From Alphaproteobacteria bacterium (GTDB lineage: Bacteria > Pseudomonadota > Alphaproteobacteria > SHVV01): 64,000 nt of DNA. The stretch covers positions 3,200,001 to 3,264,000 of the forward strand of contig OZ253470.1 in assembly GCA_965261735.1 (NCBI GenBank), read 5' to 3'. A model generated the notes under the pieces. That model did not search any database. It had not been told where the DNA came from and saw only the letters and a list, made by a program, of their open reading frames with translations. The first letter of the stretch is position 1; every line of letters begins with the position of its first letter. Made by a program: the position numbers and the translations under genes. Shown piece after piece: positions 1-10,726 of this stretch.

Positions 1-565
1 TCTTGTAATGATCGCCGTCGGGCACGGCGCGCGCTGCGAGCGCGCCGATGTCTGAGCCGGCAGCCGGCTCGGTCATGGCCATGGTGCCGGTCCATTCGCC
101 GCTCACCAACTTGGGCAGGTAGCGCTGCCTCAAGGCTGGCGAGCCATGGCTGGCGAGCAGCTCCGCGGCCCCTTGCGTCAGCAGCGGGCACAGGCTCAAC
201 GCGAGATTGGCCGATTCCCACATCTCCGTGACAGCGAGGGCGACGGTGCGCGGCAACCCTTGGCCGCCGACGGTGGGCGCAAAGGTCAGGCTATTCCACC
301 CACCGTCGACGAGCAGGCGGTAGGCCTCGCGGAAGCCGGTCGGCGTGCGCACGCCACCCTCATGGAGGACGCTCTTCTCCGTATCCCCGATGCGGTTGAG
401 CGGCGCCAAAACCTCGGCCGCGAGCCTGCCAGCCTCGCGCAGGATGGCCTCGACCGTCTCCGGCGCCGCCGCCTCGAAGCCCTCGAGCGCGGCCAACCCC
501 TCGAGATCGACGATCTCGTCGAGCACGAAGCGCATGTCCGCCAGGGGTGGCGCATAGTTGGTCAT
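1..565 (-). CDS. Acyl-CoA dehydrogenase, N-terminal part (runs off window)
   Basis: Manual translation from ATG 565: MTNYAPPLADMRFVLDEIV...GGQGLP...YLPKLVSGEWTGTMAMTEPAAGSD, typical ACAD motifs. Confidence 0.9.
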   Translation of the reverse strand, partial: MTNYAPPLADMRFVLDEIVDLEGLAALEGFEAAAPETVEAILREAGRLAAEVLAPLNRIGDTEKSVLHEGGVRTPTGFREAYRLLVDGGWNSLTFAPTVGGQGLPRTVALAVTEMWESANLALSLCPLLTQGAAELLASHGSPALRQRYLPKLVSGEWTGTMAMTEPAAGSDIGALAARAVPDGDHYK

Positions 566-671
566 GGCGCTCCAACTATGGCATTGCTCGCGGGATCAGG
601 CCAAGCAGCGCGATGCGGCGGCCCGCGACCGCGAGCCGCGCAAATTCACCTGGCGCAAACGACCCTGTAGA

Positions 672-1496
672 ATGATCGCTGGATGTCGCCCACATGACTC
701 GCGAGGCGCAGGCGCGGTGGTAGAGAGCAGCAACGACGTAGCCGGCAACACGCTGCCGAGCTGGACATCAACGGTAACCGCAAACCGCCAGAGCCACTAC
801 CATCGCTGCTGCGGCATCGATTCAAGCCTCTACGGCGAGCATGCCGACGTCACGATCCTCGGTGCCGACTGCATGCGGGCCTTGACCGCCGGCCGGATCC
901 CGGTTGACGGACTGGTCACTCGGGCGCAGCACCTCGTGCTACATACGCCGGTTCAGGTCGGCGAGACGCTCGACGCCACGGGGCGGGTCGCCACAGTCGA
1001 GGGCGGGGCCGAGGGCGCTGTGACGACGTGCGTGTTCGAGTTCCGGCGCGGCGAGGAAGCCGCGGTCACCATGGAGATCAGCCTGTTGCGCCCAGACCCT
1101 AGCGCGGGCCGCGACGAGGCTGGCGCGGGCGCTGGGCGCAGCAGCGCACCCGCGGAGTTTCAGCTGGTCGCGCGCAAGCTGTTGACACCGGGGATGGTGG
1201 CGGAGTACGCGAGCGAGGCCGGCAATCGCATCCACCGCGACCCGGCGTTTGCCGCACGCTTCGGCTACCGCGCCCCGCTCGTCAGCAGCCACATGGTGCT
1301 GAGCTATCTCGTCGAGGCGCTGCGCGCCACGAGCGTCCCGGAAAGCCTCGACCTCGAGGCGGTTTTTCTACGTCCTTTGTACTGGGACGACGGGTTCGAC
1401 CTCCTGGCACGCTCGGGTCCCGGCGGAACACCCGTTGCCTTTCAATGCGTCAATCCACGACACGTGCTCGTCATCGAGGCGGCGACCAAGGCCTGA
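672..1496 (+). CDS. MaoC-like double hot-dog dehydratase
   Basis: GNRIHRDPAFAARFGYRAPLV hydratase-2 motif and FLRPLY; start codon uncertain (672 or 717). Confidence 0.7.
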   Translation: MIAGCRPHDSRGAGAVVESSNDVAGNTLPSWTSTVTANRQSHYHRCCGIDSSLYGEHADVTILGADCMRALTAGRIPVDGLVTRAQHLVLHTPVQVGETLDATGRVATVEGGAEGAVTTCVFEFRRGEEAAVTMEISLLRPDPSAGRDEAGAGAGRSSAPAEFQLVARKLLTPGMVAEYASEAGNRIHRDPAFAARFGYRAPLVSSHMVLSYLVEALRATSVPESLDLEAVFLRPLYWDDGFDLLARSGPGGTPVAFQCVNPRHVLVIEAATKA

Positions 1497-1586
1497 TCGC
1501 CGAGGCCGCATCGAACGTTCACCTTAAGCCGCCCTTAATCTCCCGCTGCTAGGGTCGCCCCTTACGCGTGACGACCGGGCGGTACC

Positions 1587-1853
1587 ATGCTGAAAGCCGA
1601 GGAAAGCATCGAGTTCATCCTCTCCCGCGTAGAGACGCTGGGAGAGGGTGCGACACCCCACGAGCGCGCCGCCTACCGCGCACTCATCAACCTGACCCAA
1701 CGCTGGGCCGAACCGACCGACCGCTACATCGACAACGATCTGGAGATGGCGGAGCGCATTGGCCAAGACCTCGCCGACCTGCAGCGCCACTTGACCGACC
1801 TCCAGCACTCGTACATGCGCGCGCTGTTCGGCGACGACGCCAAGGCTGCCTGA
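1587..1853 (+). CDS. Small hypothetical helical protein (88 aa)
   Basis: Natural-looking composition, fits the intergenic space. Confidence 0.6.
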   Translation: MLKAEESIEFILSRVETLGEGATPHERAAYRALINLTQRWAEPTDRYIDNDLEMAERIGQDLADLQRHLTDLQHSYMRALFGDDAKAA

Positions 1854-1950
1854 GCCAGCCTGAGCCAACCCGACAAGTGCCGCGCCACGACGCCGGCGTT
1901 CGGCTAGACTGCAGCGCCTGATCGCCGCCGCCCTCGCCCGTGCGCCGCCC

Positions 1951-2916
1951 GTGCCCAGCACCTTGATCGTTCCGCCGAACGCGGCCAACATTGCCGCCGC
2001 CGCCGCACATTTGCGGGGCGGTGAACTCGTCGCCTTTCCGACGGAAACTGTTTACGGGCTTGGGGGCGACGCAACCAACGAGCGCGCCGTCGCGGCGATC
2101 TACCGGGCCAAGGGGCGGCCCTCGCGCAACCCGCTGATCGTACACGTCGCCGACGCCGCCGCGGCGCGCCGTGTCGCCCGCTTCGACAGCCGCGCCCGCC
2201 GGCTCGCCGAGGCCTTCTGGCCCGGTCCGCTGACGCTGGTGCTACCGCGCAGCGAGCCCTGCGCGGTCGTCCCGCGGGTGAGCGCCGGCCTCGCGACCAT
2301 AGCCGTGCGCGTGCCGAGCCTCGCGCTCGCGCGTGACCTACTCGAAGCGTCGGCAATTCCGGTGGCGGCGCCGAGCGCCAACCCATCGGGCCGCGTCTCC
2401 GCCACGACCGCCCAGCATGTCGCGGAGGCCTTTGGCGACTCGGTGGCGATGATCCTCGACGGCGGGCCCTGCCCGCTCGGCATCGAATCGACCGTGGTCG
2501 GCCTCGCCGGCGATGATCCCTTGTTGTTGCGGCCGGGCGCTGTTTCCGGTGGCGCGATCGAGGCGGTGATCGGCCCGCTCAGGGCACCGCCCGCCGCCGA
2601 GCCTAACACCGGCTTGGCCGCGCCGGGCATGCTCGACCGCCACTACGCGCCGCGGCTGCCGCTCCGCCTCGGGGCCCTTGATGCCGCGGGCGACGAGGGC
2701 CTCCTGTCGTTCGGCGACCATGCGATCACCGGCGTCGCGGCGGAACGCAACCTGAGCCCCGCGGGCGACCTCGACGAGGCAGCCGCCAACCTGTTCCGCA
2801 TGCTGCGCGAGCTCGACCGGCCCGACCATCGCGCTATCGCGGTGACACCGATCCCCGACCACGGCGTCGGCGTGGCCATCAACGATCGCCTGCGCCGCGC
2901 CGCCGGCGGTCGATGA
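1951..2916 (+). CDS. tsaC: L-threonylcarbamoyladenylate synthase (Sua5/TsaC)
   Basis: VAFPTETVYGLG, KGRPSRNPLIVH, AAPSAN and GIESTVV motifs plus Sua5 tail (PGML.RHYAP). Confidence 0.95.
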   Translation: MPSTLIVPPNAANIAAAAAHLRGGELVAFPTETVYGLGGDATNERAVAAIYRAKGRPSRNPLIVHVADAAAARRVARFDSRARRLAEAFWPGPLTLVLPRSEPCAVVPRVSAGLATIAVRVPSLALARDLLEASAIPVAAPSANPSGRVSATTAQHVAEAFGDSVAMILDGGPCPLGIESTVVGLAGDDPLLLRPGAVSGGAIEAVIGPLRAPPAAEPNTGLAAPGMLDRHYAPRLPLRLGALDAAGDEGLLSFGDHAITGVAAERNLSPAGDLDEAAANLFRMLRELDRPDHRAIAVTPIPDHGVGVAINDRLRRAAGGR

Positions 2917-2960
2917 GGCGCCTTGCCGGCGCCTGCGGCTCGCGCTACATCGAGGACGAC

Positions 2961-4382
2961 ATGACGGGCACGGTGGCGCCAGAGACACTCGAGCGCATTA
3001 AGGCGGTGGTCGGCCCCCGCGGCTGGATTGGCGATCCGGCGGGGATCGCGCCTTATCTCGAGGAGCAGCGCGGGCGCTACGATGGCGCTACGCCTCTCGT
3101 CGTGCGCCCCGCGAGCACCGCCGAGGTCGCGTCGGTCGTTCGCGTTTGCGCCGAGACCGGCACGCCCATCGTGCCGCAGGGTGGCAATACGGGGCTGTGC
3201 GGCGGTGCCGTGGCGGGCGTCGCGGCGAGCGAGATCCTGCTCAATCTCGGGCGCCTCAACGCCATCCGGTCCGTCGACCCGTTGGGCGATACGCTCACCG
3301 CCGAGGCCGGCTGCATTCTCGCCGACGTCCAGGCCGCGGCCGCGGCGGTCGGCAGGCTGTTCCCGCTCAGCCTGGCGGCCCAGGGGACGAGCCATATCGG
3401 CGGCAACCTGTCGACCAACGCCGGCGGCACGCAGGTGCTGCGGTACGGCACCGCGCGCGCGCTCGTTCTCGGCCTCGAGGTGGTTTTGCCCGACGGCCGC
3501 GTCTGGGGCGGGCTCCGCGGCTTGCGCAAGGACAACACGGGCTACGACCTCAAGCAGCTCTTTATCGGCGCCGAGGGCACGCTCGGCATCATTACGGCGG
3601 CGGTCCTCAAGCTCTTCGCCACGCCCCGCGAGTCGGTCACCGCGCTGATCGCGGTGCGCGATCCGGCGACGGGCCTCGAGCTGCTCCAGCGCGTCCGTGC
3701 CGCGCTCGGCGAGATCGTCAGTGCCTGGGAATTGCTGCCGCGGATCGGATTCGACTTCACGCTCGCGCATATCCCCGAGGTCGTGGACCCTCTGGACGAG
3801 CCGAGCCCGTGGTACGTGCTCGCGGAACTGGCCTCGGGGAGCGCCGGCGGTGGGGCGCGCCGTGGGCTCGAGGCCGTGCTCGGCGAGGCGCTCGACGAGC
3901 GCCTCGCCGCCGACGCCGTGATCGCGGCGAGCGAGGCCCAAGCCAACGCCCTGTGGCGGCCGCGCGAGAGCTTACCCGAGGCGGAGAAGCGCGAGGGCGG
4001 CGGCCTCAAGCATGACGTCTCGGTGCCGCTCGGCCAGGTCGCCGCCTTCATCGATCGTGCGGACGAGGCGGTACGGCGCGAGGTCGAGGGTGTGCGCGTC
4101 GTCGCCTTCGGCCACCTCGGCGATGGCAACATCCACTTCAACCTGAGCCCGCCGCCGGGCAGTGACGCGACAGCACTGGCGCGACACGGCGGCCGGCTCA
4201 CACGCATCATCCATGACATCGCGGTTTCGCTCGGCGGCAGTATCAGCGCCGAGCATGGTGTCGGCCTGCTCAAGCGCGAGGAGATCCGCCGCTACAAGCC
4301 GGCCGTCGAGATCGACCTGATGCGCACACTTAAATCGGCGCTCGATCCGCACAACATCATGAACCCCGGCAAGGTCGTGTGA
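2961..4382 (+). CDS. FAD-binding oxidoreductase (D-2-hydroxyacid dehydrogenase-like)
   Basis: PQGGNTGL, IGGNLSTNAGG, LRKDNTGYDLKQLFIGAEGTLG, FGHLGDGNIH, SAEHGVG, DPHNIMNPGK. Confidence 0.93.
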   Translation: MTGTVAPETLERIKAVVGPRGWIGDPAGIAPYLEEQRGRYDGATPLVVRPASTAEVASVVRVCAETGTPIVPQGGNTGLCGGAVAGVAASEILLNLGRLNAIRSVDPLGDTLTAEAGCILADVQAAAAAVGRLFPLSLAAQGTSHIGGNLSTNAGGTQVLRYGTARALVLGLEVVLPDGRVWGGLRGLRKDNTGYDLKQLFIGAEGTLGIITAAVLKLFATPRESVTALIAVRDPATGLELLQRVRAALGEIVSAWELLPRIGFDFTLAHIPEVVDPLDEPSPWYVLAELASGSAGGGARRGLEAVLGEALDERLAADAVIAASEAQANALWRPRESLPEAEKREGGGLKHDVSVPLGQVAAFIDRADEAVRREVEGVRVVAFGHLGDGNIHFNLSPPPGSDATALARHGGRLTRIIHDIAVSLGGSISAEHGVGLLKREEIRRYKPAVEIDLMRTLKSALDPHNIMNPGKVV

Positions 4383-4447
4383 TCGCGCCGGCGACCGCGG
4401 CGCACCGGTATTGAAGTATGCTAACGCGATGCGGCGCGGCCAACTCA

Positions 4448-4758
4448 TGGCTGTCGGCGGCGAGAGAGACGCGGAAGTGATGACCGGACCTTCCCCCCCG
4501 TCCGACGATATCGAGACCTCGCGGAATCGCTCCAGCGAATTGTTCCTGCTCGAGCTCGCGGCGTCGAGGCCGAGCTTCGAGCTCGCCGAACCACCGAAGG
4601 CGGCGCTGTCGCATTTGTGGAAATGGGACGACTACTATCCGCTGCTGGTGCGCGCGGCGGCGCAGGTGGACGTCGACGTGGCCTTCCGGCGCAAGCTCGG
4701 TCTCTACCGCGAACACGGTCGCTCCACGGACGGCGGTATTATCGCCATCGAAGAGTGA
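4448..4758 (+). pseudogene. Short ORF resembling the N-terminus of a gentisate 1,2-dioxygenase-type cupin
   Basis: EPPKAALSHLWKWDDYYPLLVRAAAQV..AFRRKL resembles the GDO N-terminal segment; no cupin His motifs follow. Confidence 0.35.
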
Positions 4759-6002
4759 GCCCGCGGGGCGCAGACGAGGCGGAGGCGGCCGGCACGACGC
4801 GCTGGGTGACGGTCTGCGTCGTCGTGCTCGCCGCGGTCGCGGCGACCATGCAGATCGGCAAGGCGCCGCCGGCGCTGCCGGCGATTCGGGCCGATCTCGG
4901 TCTCGGTATGGTTGCCGCGGGCTGGGCGGTTTCGCTGATTACCCTGATCGGCGCGCTCATCGGCGTCGCGACCGGGATCCTTGCCGACCGCCTTGGCCAC
5001 CGCCGCGTCGTCGCCGGTGGGCTCGCCTGTCTGGTGCTCGGTAGCGTAGCGGGCAGCATGGCCGATTCGTCGGACGCGCTGCTCATGACACGCTTTTTCG
5101 AAGGTATCGGCTATGTGGCGGTCGTCGTGGCCGGTACGCCGCTCATCGTGCTCGCGAGCGCGCCTCGCCATCGTCCCTTGACGCTCGGCGTGTGGAGCGC
5201 CTATTTCCCGGCCGGCGTCGGCCTCATGATGGCGCTGTCACCCGCTTTCCTGGAGACGATCGGTTGGCGCGGCCTGTGGCTCGCCAACGCAACCATGTTG
5301 GCGGTGCTCGTACCGGCCTTCCTGATCGCCGCGCCCGCAGACCGCACCGCACCGCCGTTCGCGCCAGCCGGTCCCGGCTGGCGCGACGCCCGCGTTGCCG
5401 CGCTGCACCCCGGGCCGTGGCTGCTCGCGACCATGTTCTTCCTCGCCGCGCTGTCCCTGTTCGCCGTCATGACCTGGCTACCGACCTTTCTCGTCGATGG
5501 CCTCGGCCGCTCGCCGGGCGCGGCCGCGCTGTTGTCGGCCCTGTTCGTGGCCCTGTTCGTTCCCGCCAACATCCTTGGGGGCTGGCTCCTGCGCTGGCGC
5601 GTCAAGTCGTGGCACGTCTTTCTTGTCGGATCGCTGGCCATGGCCGTGCTGCCGATCGGGGTGTTCGCGGCGGATGTGTCCGATACGGCCAAGGTCGCCT
5701 ATGCGGTCACCTTTGCCTTCACCGCCGGACTCCTGCCCGGTGCGATCTTCGCGGCCCTGCCGATCCACACCGCCGCGCCTCGCCACGCCGGAATTGCGGC
5801 CGGCGTGGTGGCCCAGGGATCGAACCTCGGCAATCTGCTCGGTCCGCCCCTCCTCGCCGCCGTGGTCGCGCGCCTCGGCGGCTGGGAGCGCTCCGACGCC
5901 CTGTTCCTTATCGTCGGCGGGCTCGGCGTGGTCACCGCCCTCGCGGTCCGGCGTGCCGAGCTGCGGCTGATACAACCCGCGCCCAACCAACGACAGGAGT
6001 AG
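4755..6002 (+). CDS. MFS transporter (CynX/NimT-like)
   Basis: About 12 hydrophobic segments and MFS motif A (GILADRLGHRR). Confidence 0.9.
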   Translation: MSPRGADEAEAAGTTRWVTVCVVVLAAVAATMQIGKAPPALPAIRADLGLGMVAAGWAVSLITLIGALIGVATGILADRLGHRRVVAGGLACLVLGSVAGSMADSSDALLMTRFFEGIGYVAVVVAGTPLIVLASAPRHRPLTLGVWSAYFPAGVGLMMALSPAFLETIGWRGLWLANATMLAVLVPAFLIAAPADRTAPPFAPAGPGWRDARVAALHPGPWLLATMFFLAALSLFAVMTWLPTFLVDGLGRSPGAAALLSALFVALFVPANILGGWLLRWRVKSWHVFLVGSLAMAVLPIGVFAADVSDTAKVAYAVTFAFTAGLLPGAIFAALPIHTAAPRHAGIAAGVVAQGSNLGNLLGPPLLAAVVARLGGWERSDALFLIVGGLGVVTALAVRRAELRLIQPAPNQRQE

Positions 6003-6004
6003 CC

Positions 6005-6670
6005 ATGAGCGTACGCACGCTGGCGTTGACGGACGCCCTGTACGACTATTTGATCGCGACTTCGCTGCGCGAGCCAGACATCCTGCGGCGGCTACGCGAC
6101 GAGACGGCGCCGATGCCGGTCGCCGGCCTCCAGATCGCGCCGGAGCAGGGCCAGTTCATGGCCCTCTTGGTCGAGTTGATGGGGGTCCGCCGCTACCTCG
6201 AGATCGGGACGTTCACGGGCTACAGCGCGCTTCGGATAGCGCTGGCGATGCCGCCTGAGGGCCGGATCGTCGCCTGCGACATCAATGAGGAGTGGACCGG
6301 TATCGCCCGCCGCTATTGGCGCGAGGCCGGCGTCGACGATCGCATCGACCTGCGCCTGGGGCCGGCGCGCGACACGCTTACCGCCCTCATCGCCGAGGGC
6401 TCCTCGGGGACCTTCGATTTCGCCTTTATCGACGCGGATCGGCCCAACCTCGACGCTTACTTCGAGGCGGCGCTCAGCCTCGTTCGCAGCGGCGGCGTCG
6501 TCGCCGTCGACAACGCCTTCCGCAGGGGCCGTGTCGCGGATCCGTCCGACACCGAAGACGATACCCTGTTCATCCGGGCCCTCGGCACCAAGCTCCACCA
6601 TGACGAGCGGATTACGCTCAGCCTCGTTCCCATCGGCGACGGCCTCACGCTCGCGCGCAAGCGCAACTGA
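6005..6670 (+). CDS. Class I SAM-dependent O-methyltransferase (caffeoyl-CoA OMT-like)
   Basis: LEIGTFTGYSA, FDFAFIDAD, VDN and PIGDGLTLARK. Confidence 0.93.
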   Translation: MSVRTLALTDALYDYLIATSLREPDILRRLRDETAPMPVAGLQIAPEQGQFMALLVELMGVRRYLEIGTFTGYSALRIALAMPPEGRIVACDINEEWTGIARRYWREAGVDDRIDLRLGPARDTLTALIAEGSSGTFDFAFIDADRPNLDAYFEAALSLVRSGGVVAVDNAFRRGRVADPSDTEDDTLFIRALGTKLHHDERITLSLVPIGDGLTLARKRN

Positions 6671-6690
6671 AGAGAGCCGAACCGTCGCAA

Positions 6691-6868
6691 GGCCGTAGCG
6701 TTGGTTGGTTGAACCTAACGAATCGGGCGTAAACGAAAGGTCGACGGAACAAGGTAAGAGAACTCCTGGTTTTCGCGGCGCCGATTCGGGTCCAGGGTAT
6801 TCACAACCGACAGTATTTCTCACGGTGCGAAAGCCCGGTAGGGTTGTATGCGGCCGAGCGCTACGGCT
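6691..6868 (+). ncRNA. Candidate structured non-coding RNA (long rod fold with large internal loop)
   Basis: 5' GGCCGUAGCG-UUGGUUG..AACCU..AUCGGGC pairs with 3' GCCCGGU..GGGUU..CGGCCGA-CGCUACGGCU; many G-U pairs favour the + strand. Confidence 0.4.
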
Positions 6869-6901
6869 CGAAACTTCTCGGCAGGTAGCGGGAGAGCGAA
6901 A

Positions 6902-8419
6902 ATGACGGAAACAAGCGCTGACGAGAGGCCGCACGTGCCGGACCCGGGCCGGCCGAACAGCGGTCGGTACGGTCTCGGCCGCCCGCAGGCGGCTGCACCG
7001 ATCGCTCCAGCCGAGCACGACGCGGGCCCGGCCGGCCCGGGTCCGAACGCGCGCGAAACGGAAAACGAGCGACGCTTTCGCGATTTCGCGGAGAGCAGTG
7101 CCGACTGCCTGTGGGAGTGCGATCTAGATCAACAGCTTACCTATCTGTCCGGGTTTCCAGGGCAGGACGGTTCGGCCGGCGCTATAGGGAGCACGCTCGG
7201 CGGCCTGCTCACGGGCCTTGGCGCCGACGCGGCGATCGCCGATACACTCGCCACCTACATGGCATACGGCGAGGCCTTCCGCGATGTAGAATTCGAGCAA
7301 AGCAAGGACGATTACTCCGGCAATTGGGTGGCTTGGGCACGGATTTCCGGCAAACCAGTCCTCGACGACGAGGGCGGACCGATCGCGTACCGCGGTGCCA
7401 TCCTGGACATCACCGAGCAAAAGCGCGGCGAACAGGCGCTGCGCGATAGCTAGGTCCGGGCGGCGCGCGCGCACTCCCAGCTGGTCGACGCCATCGAGAG
7501 CATATCCGATGGCTTCGCGCTCTATGACGCCGACGACCGTCTCGTGCTGAGCAACACGACGTACCGCGAGTTGCTACCGGTGGTGAAGACCGCGCAACCC
7601 GGCAGATCGTTCGAGGAGCTCCTGCGTGCTGGGGTCACCAGCGGCAACTTGCCCGAAGGGATCGGCGACGAAGAGGCATGGGTACAGAACCGTCTCGCTC
7701 AGCACCGCCATCCCTCCGATCCGACGGTGCAAGAATATAGCAACGCCCTATGCCTGCGGATCGCGGAGCGGCGCACCCAGGACGCGGGCACGGTCGTCGT
7801 CCTGACCGACATCACGGAGTTGATCCACGGCGAGCGCGAGCTCGCCGAAAAGCCGAAGCTGCTGCACGCCACGCTCCACAACATGAGCCAGGGCCTTGCG
7901 GTGTTCGACCGGGATCTGCGCCTCCTCGCCTGGAACAATCGCATGCTGGAGCTGCTGGATCTGGCTCCCGACCTCGTGCACCCCGGTCGTTCCTTCGCCG
8001 GCATCATGGATGCGATCACAACCGAAGGTTGCGGCGACGCGTTAGCCGCCATCGAGCACGCCGTCATGCGCACGCGCGGCGCGCCCACCCACGAGATCAA
8101 GCGCTCAAACGGGACCGTGATCGAGATGCATACCGGCCCCATGCCCGACGGCGGAACCGTCGCTACCTACACCGACATTACGCCCGCCAAGAAGCGCGAG
8201 GCCACGCTGCGGCGCCAGGCCTTGATCTTCGATCGCATGTTCGACGGCGTCGTGGTCGCCAACCTCGAAGGGGAGGTGCTCGACTGGAGCCGCGGCGCGG
8301 AGAAGCTGTTTGGCTACTCGAGGGAAGAGGTGATCGGCCGGCCGCTCCACATGCTGCGCTCCGAAGAGAAGGAGAGCCTAGCGGTACAGGGCCGCTGCAC
8401 CCGCCAGGGCCTCTCTTAA
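6902..8419 (+). pseudogene. Multi-PAS sensor (kinase/cyclase-type) pseudogene
   Basis: PAS/PAC motifs (RFRDFAE..WECD; GLAVFDRDLRLLAWN; WSRGAEKLFGYSREEVIGR); in-frame TAG at 7451-7453 joins ORFs 6848 and 7544; no output domain, cut at the island edge near 8388. Confidence 0.85.
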
Positions 8420-8680
8420 CCCACTGATACACTGATATATTTTTCCACCCTCTGGGAGTTCCGGTAGCGCTCGAATTTGCTCTCCGTCAGCACTCCGGAA
8501 GCGGATGAATTCCAACTGCCGCGTACCCCTGCGCGCGCATGTCGCTCGAATCCGACAGTGCCCGGGTTTTTGAAATTCGGAAATCATACGGCCCCACCGG
8601 ACGTATTGGTTACGCCGAGCCGTGGAATCGTCCGGCCGGCGACTGAGGCCGGCGCGTGCAACCAAGCGCACTCCCCCCTC
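8388..8680. repeat. 293-bp inverted repeat, left copy (partner 54522-54814); putative att/end region
   Basis: Near-identical reverse complement of 54522-54814; contains IHF-like TATCAGTGGGTTA (minus strand) and tandem CACTGATA. Confidence 0.9.
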
Positions 8681-8700
8681 GGGAGCAGGCGCGCCAGCGG

Positions 8701-9117
8701 GCAGCGCTGATCATCGCCCGCGTCAAGACACTGACGCTGTCTCCGGAGGCACTAAAGGTGCTGGCGGACCTGCCGCGCGCTGCGGACAATCCCTGGGTGA
8801 TCGCCAGCCAAAGGCCGGGCAAGCGTCTGTCCAACATCAGCACGCAATGGCACCGCGTGAGAAAACGAGCCGGGCTTGAGGACGTTCGGCTTCACGACCT
8901 CAGACACAGCTGGGCTTCCCGCGCGCTGACGCTCGGCGAGAGCCTGCCCATCATCGGCCGGCTTCTCGGGCATTCTCAGGTGGAGACAACGGCCAGGTAC
9001 GCCCATCTGGCGCACGACTCGATGCACGAGGCTGCGGCCCTGATTGCCGCCAGCATCGGGGCCGATCTCCTGAGCTCCGAAGCCGGGAGCGGCACCGATC
9101 GACCCACACCGCCATGA
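8701..9117 (+). pseudogene. Tyrosine integrase C-terminal remnant
   Basis: VRLHDLRHSWASRALTLGESLPIIGRLLGHSQVETTARYAH; paralog of the integrases at 40780-43182. Confidence 0.88.
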
Positions 9118-9299
9118 CGCCTTCGATGCTGCGATCATTCCAGCGGGGCCAAGCTCCATGCGGGACAGCGCATCGCCACGTGAGCAGACCAGCCGGACTT
9201 CCGGATTCGACAACACATCCGACGGCGGACGTCACGTCCAGCGACTCTTACGCTCGGCGTGACATTGTATTCCTCCGGCCGACGTAGTATGTTTTTGCC

Positions 9300-9587
9300 G
9301 TGATCCGCTCGTGGCGCAACGCGGCCAGTCGTAGGGTCTGGGAAGGAGAGACGCCGAACCGGTTTCGCAGCCTGGACGTCGCGGCCGCCACCGACTTGCT
9401 GCTTGCGCTCAATGCCGCCGACACGCTCCGCGACCTGAGCCCGCTCAAGAGCGTCGGGTTGCACAAGCTCAAGGGGCCGCGCGCAAGTCAATGGGCGATG
9501 ACGGTGAACGGGCCTTGGCGGATTTGCTTCGAGTTTCGGGCAGGTGACGCCTACGAAGTCGAGATTGTCGACTACCACAGGGGATGA
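9300..9587 (+). CDS. higB: HigB-like (RelE/ParE family) toxin
   Basis: MIRSW...LHKLKG...WAMTVNGPWRICFEF..GDAYEVEIVDYH. Confidence 0.9.
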   Translation: MIRSWRNAASRRVWEGETPNRFRSLDVAAATDLLLALNAADTLRDLSPLKSVGLHKLKGPRASQWAMTVNGPWRICFEFRAGDAYEVEIVDYHRG

Positions 9588-9880
9588 AGGCCATGACCCC
9601 GATTTCACACCCCGGCAGTCTGCTGAAGCGCGAACTCGAGGCGAGGGGTCTGAGCGCCAACAGGCTCGCGCTGGACATCGGCGTTCCGTCCGGCCGCGTG
9701 ACGGACATTCTGAACGGCCGCCGGTCGATCACCGCCGACACGGCGGTGCGTCTCGGCCTCTATTTTGGCAACGGCGCGCTATTCTGGATCGGTCTCCAGA
9801 GCCAGTACGACATCGCTCGGGTCGAACGGGAGCGCGGAGCCGAGATCGCTGAACGCGTGCGACCCGCCGACGCCGCGTAA
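9584..9880 (+). CDS. higA: HigA antitoxin (HTH)
   Basis: HPGSLLK..LSANRLA..ILNGRRSITADTAVRLG..FW..LQ..YD. Confidence 0.92.
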   Translation: MKAMTPISHPGSLLKRELEARGLSANRLALDIGVPSGRVTDILNGRRSITADTAVRLGLYFGNGALFWIGLQSQYDIARVERERGAEIAERVRPADAA

Positions 9881-10014
9881 TCTGTCCCGTACCGGGACGC
9901 ATCAGCTCAAATCTTCCACACACCTCTTCAGGAGAGCCGCGTCCGTTGTCAAGTAATGCCTTGCGCTCGTTCTTACCGCGCACAGGCCTCCCGTCCGGCC
10001 TAGGCGCCGAGGCA

Positions 10015-10174
10015 GCGTCTTCGAGTTCGCTATGCTCGAGTTCCGCGTCTGTCCGGTCGTGAAATCGCCGGTCGAGGTCGACGAATCCGATCACGGGCAT
10101 CGGAGCGGTCCGTCATGCGGTGACCTTGTCAATGGGCCAGAATGAACACGGAGTTGGTGTCGCTGCCGCCGGGG
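10015..10174. repeat. About 160-bp inverted repeat (partner about 54172-54331)
   Basis: gcgtcttcgagttcgctatgctcgag...gctgccgccggggc is the reverse complement of 54172-54331. Confidence 0.85.
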
Positions 10175-10726
10175 CAGCCACGAAGTGTGGATTGGCATGC
10201 TGTGGGGCTCCAATGAAGCCAACGACTACTTCCTGGAATCGCATGGCATTACCACGCCGGACGAATTCGTGAAGCTCGTGTACAGCGAAGAGGAACGCAA
10301 GCCGATCCCTTGGCAGCTTCCGAATAGGCCGATTCGCGGCCCGGATCACCATGAGATCGGGATTCCAGATGACCTCCCGTGTCATTCCACCCTCCCCGCT
10401 GACATCGTTTCCGCCTGTTCGAGCACTGTCCGCGCCGCCTTTTCCTGACCGCGACTGGTTTCCTGGATCCGTCGGCAAGCGTATCCCATTTGCACCGGCG
10501 AAAGCGAAGCTGGGCCTCGATTGACCGAATGTCCGGGCGCCGCTCCGGCGTAGGCCGGGAAAATCGACAAATCAACAGGAGGGGTCTGTCTGGATGATCG
10601 AAATTATGGACAAATGGCCTTCCAAACACAGGAAAACCGAAAATCAGGCCATCGGTTGGCTGCGGAGAAAACTCTGTTCGCTCGACGGTGGTACGGGGGT
10701 AGAATTTCTGCAAACTTGGAGGTCAT

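Noticed and set aside
7451-7453. In-frame TAG as pyrrolysine or read-through recoding
   Set aside because: No pyl genes in the window, and the gene is also 3'-truncated, so a nonsense mutation is simpler
10185-10448. 87-aa ORF as an intact gene
   Set aside because: Begins at a repeat junction with no RBS or recognisable motif; likely a gene fragment
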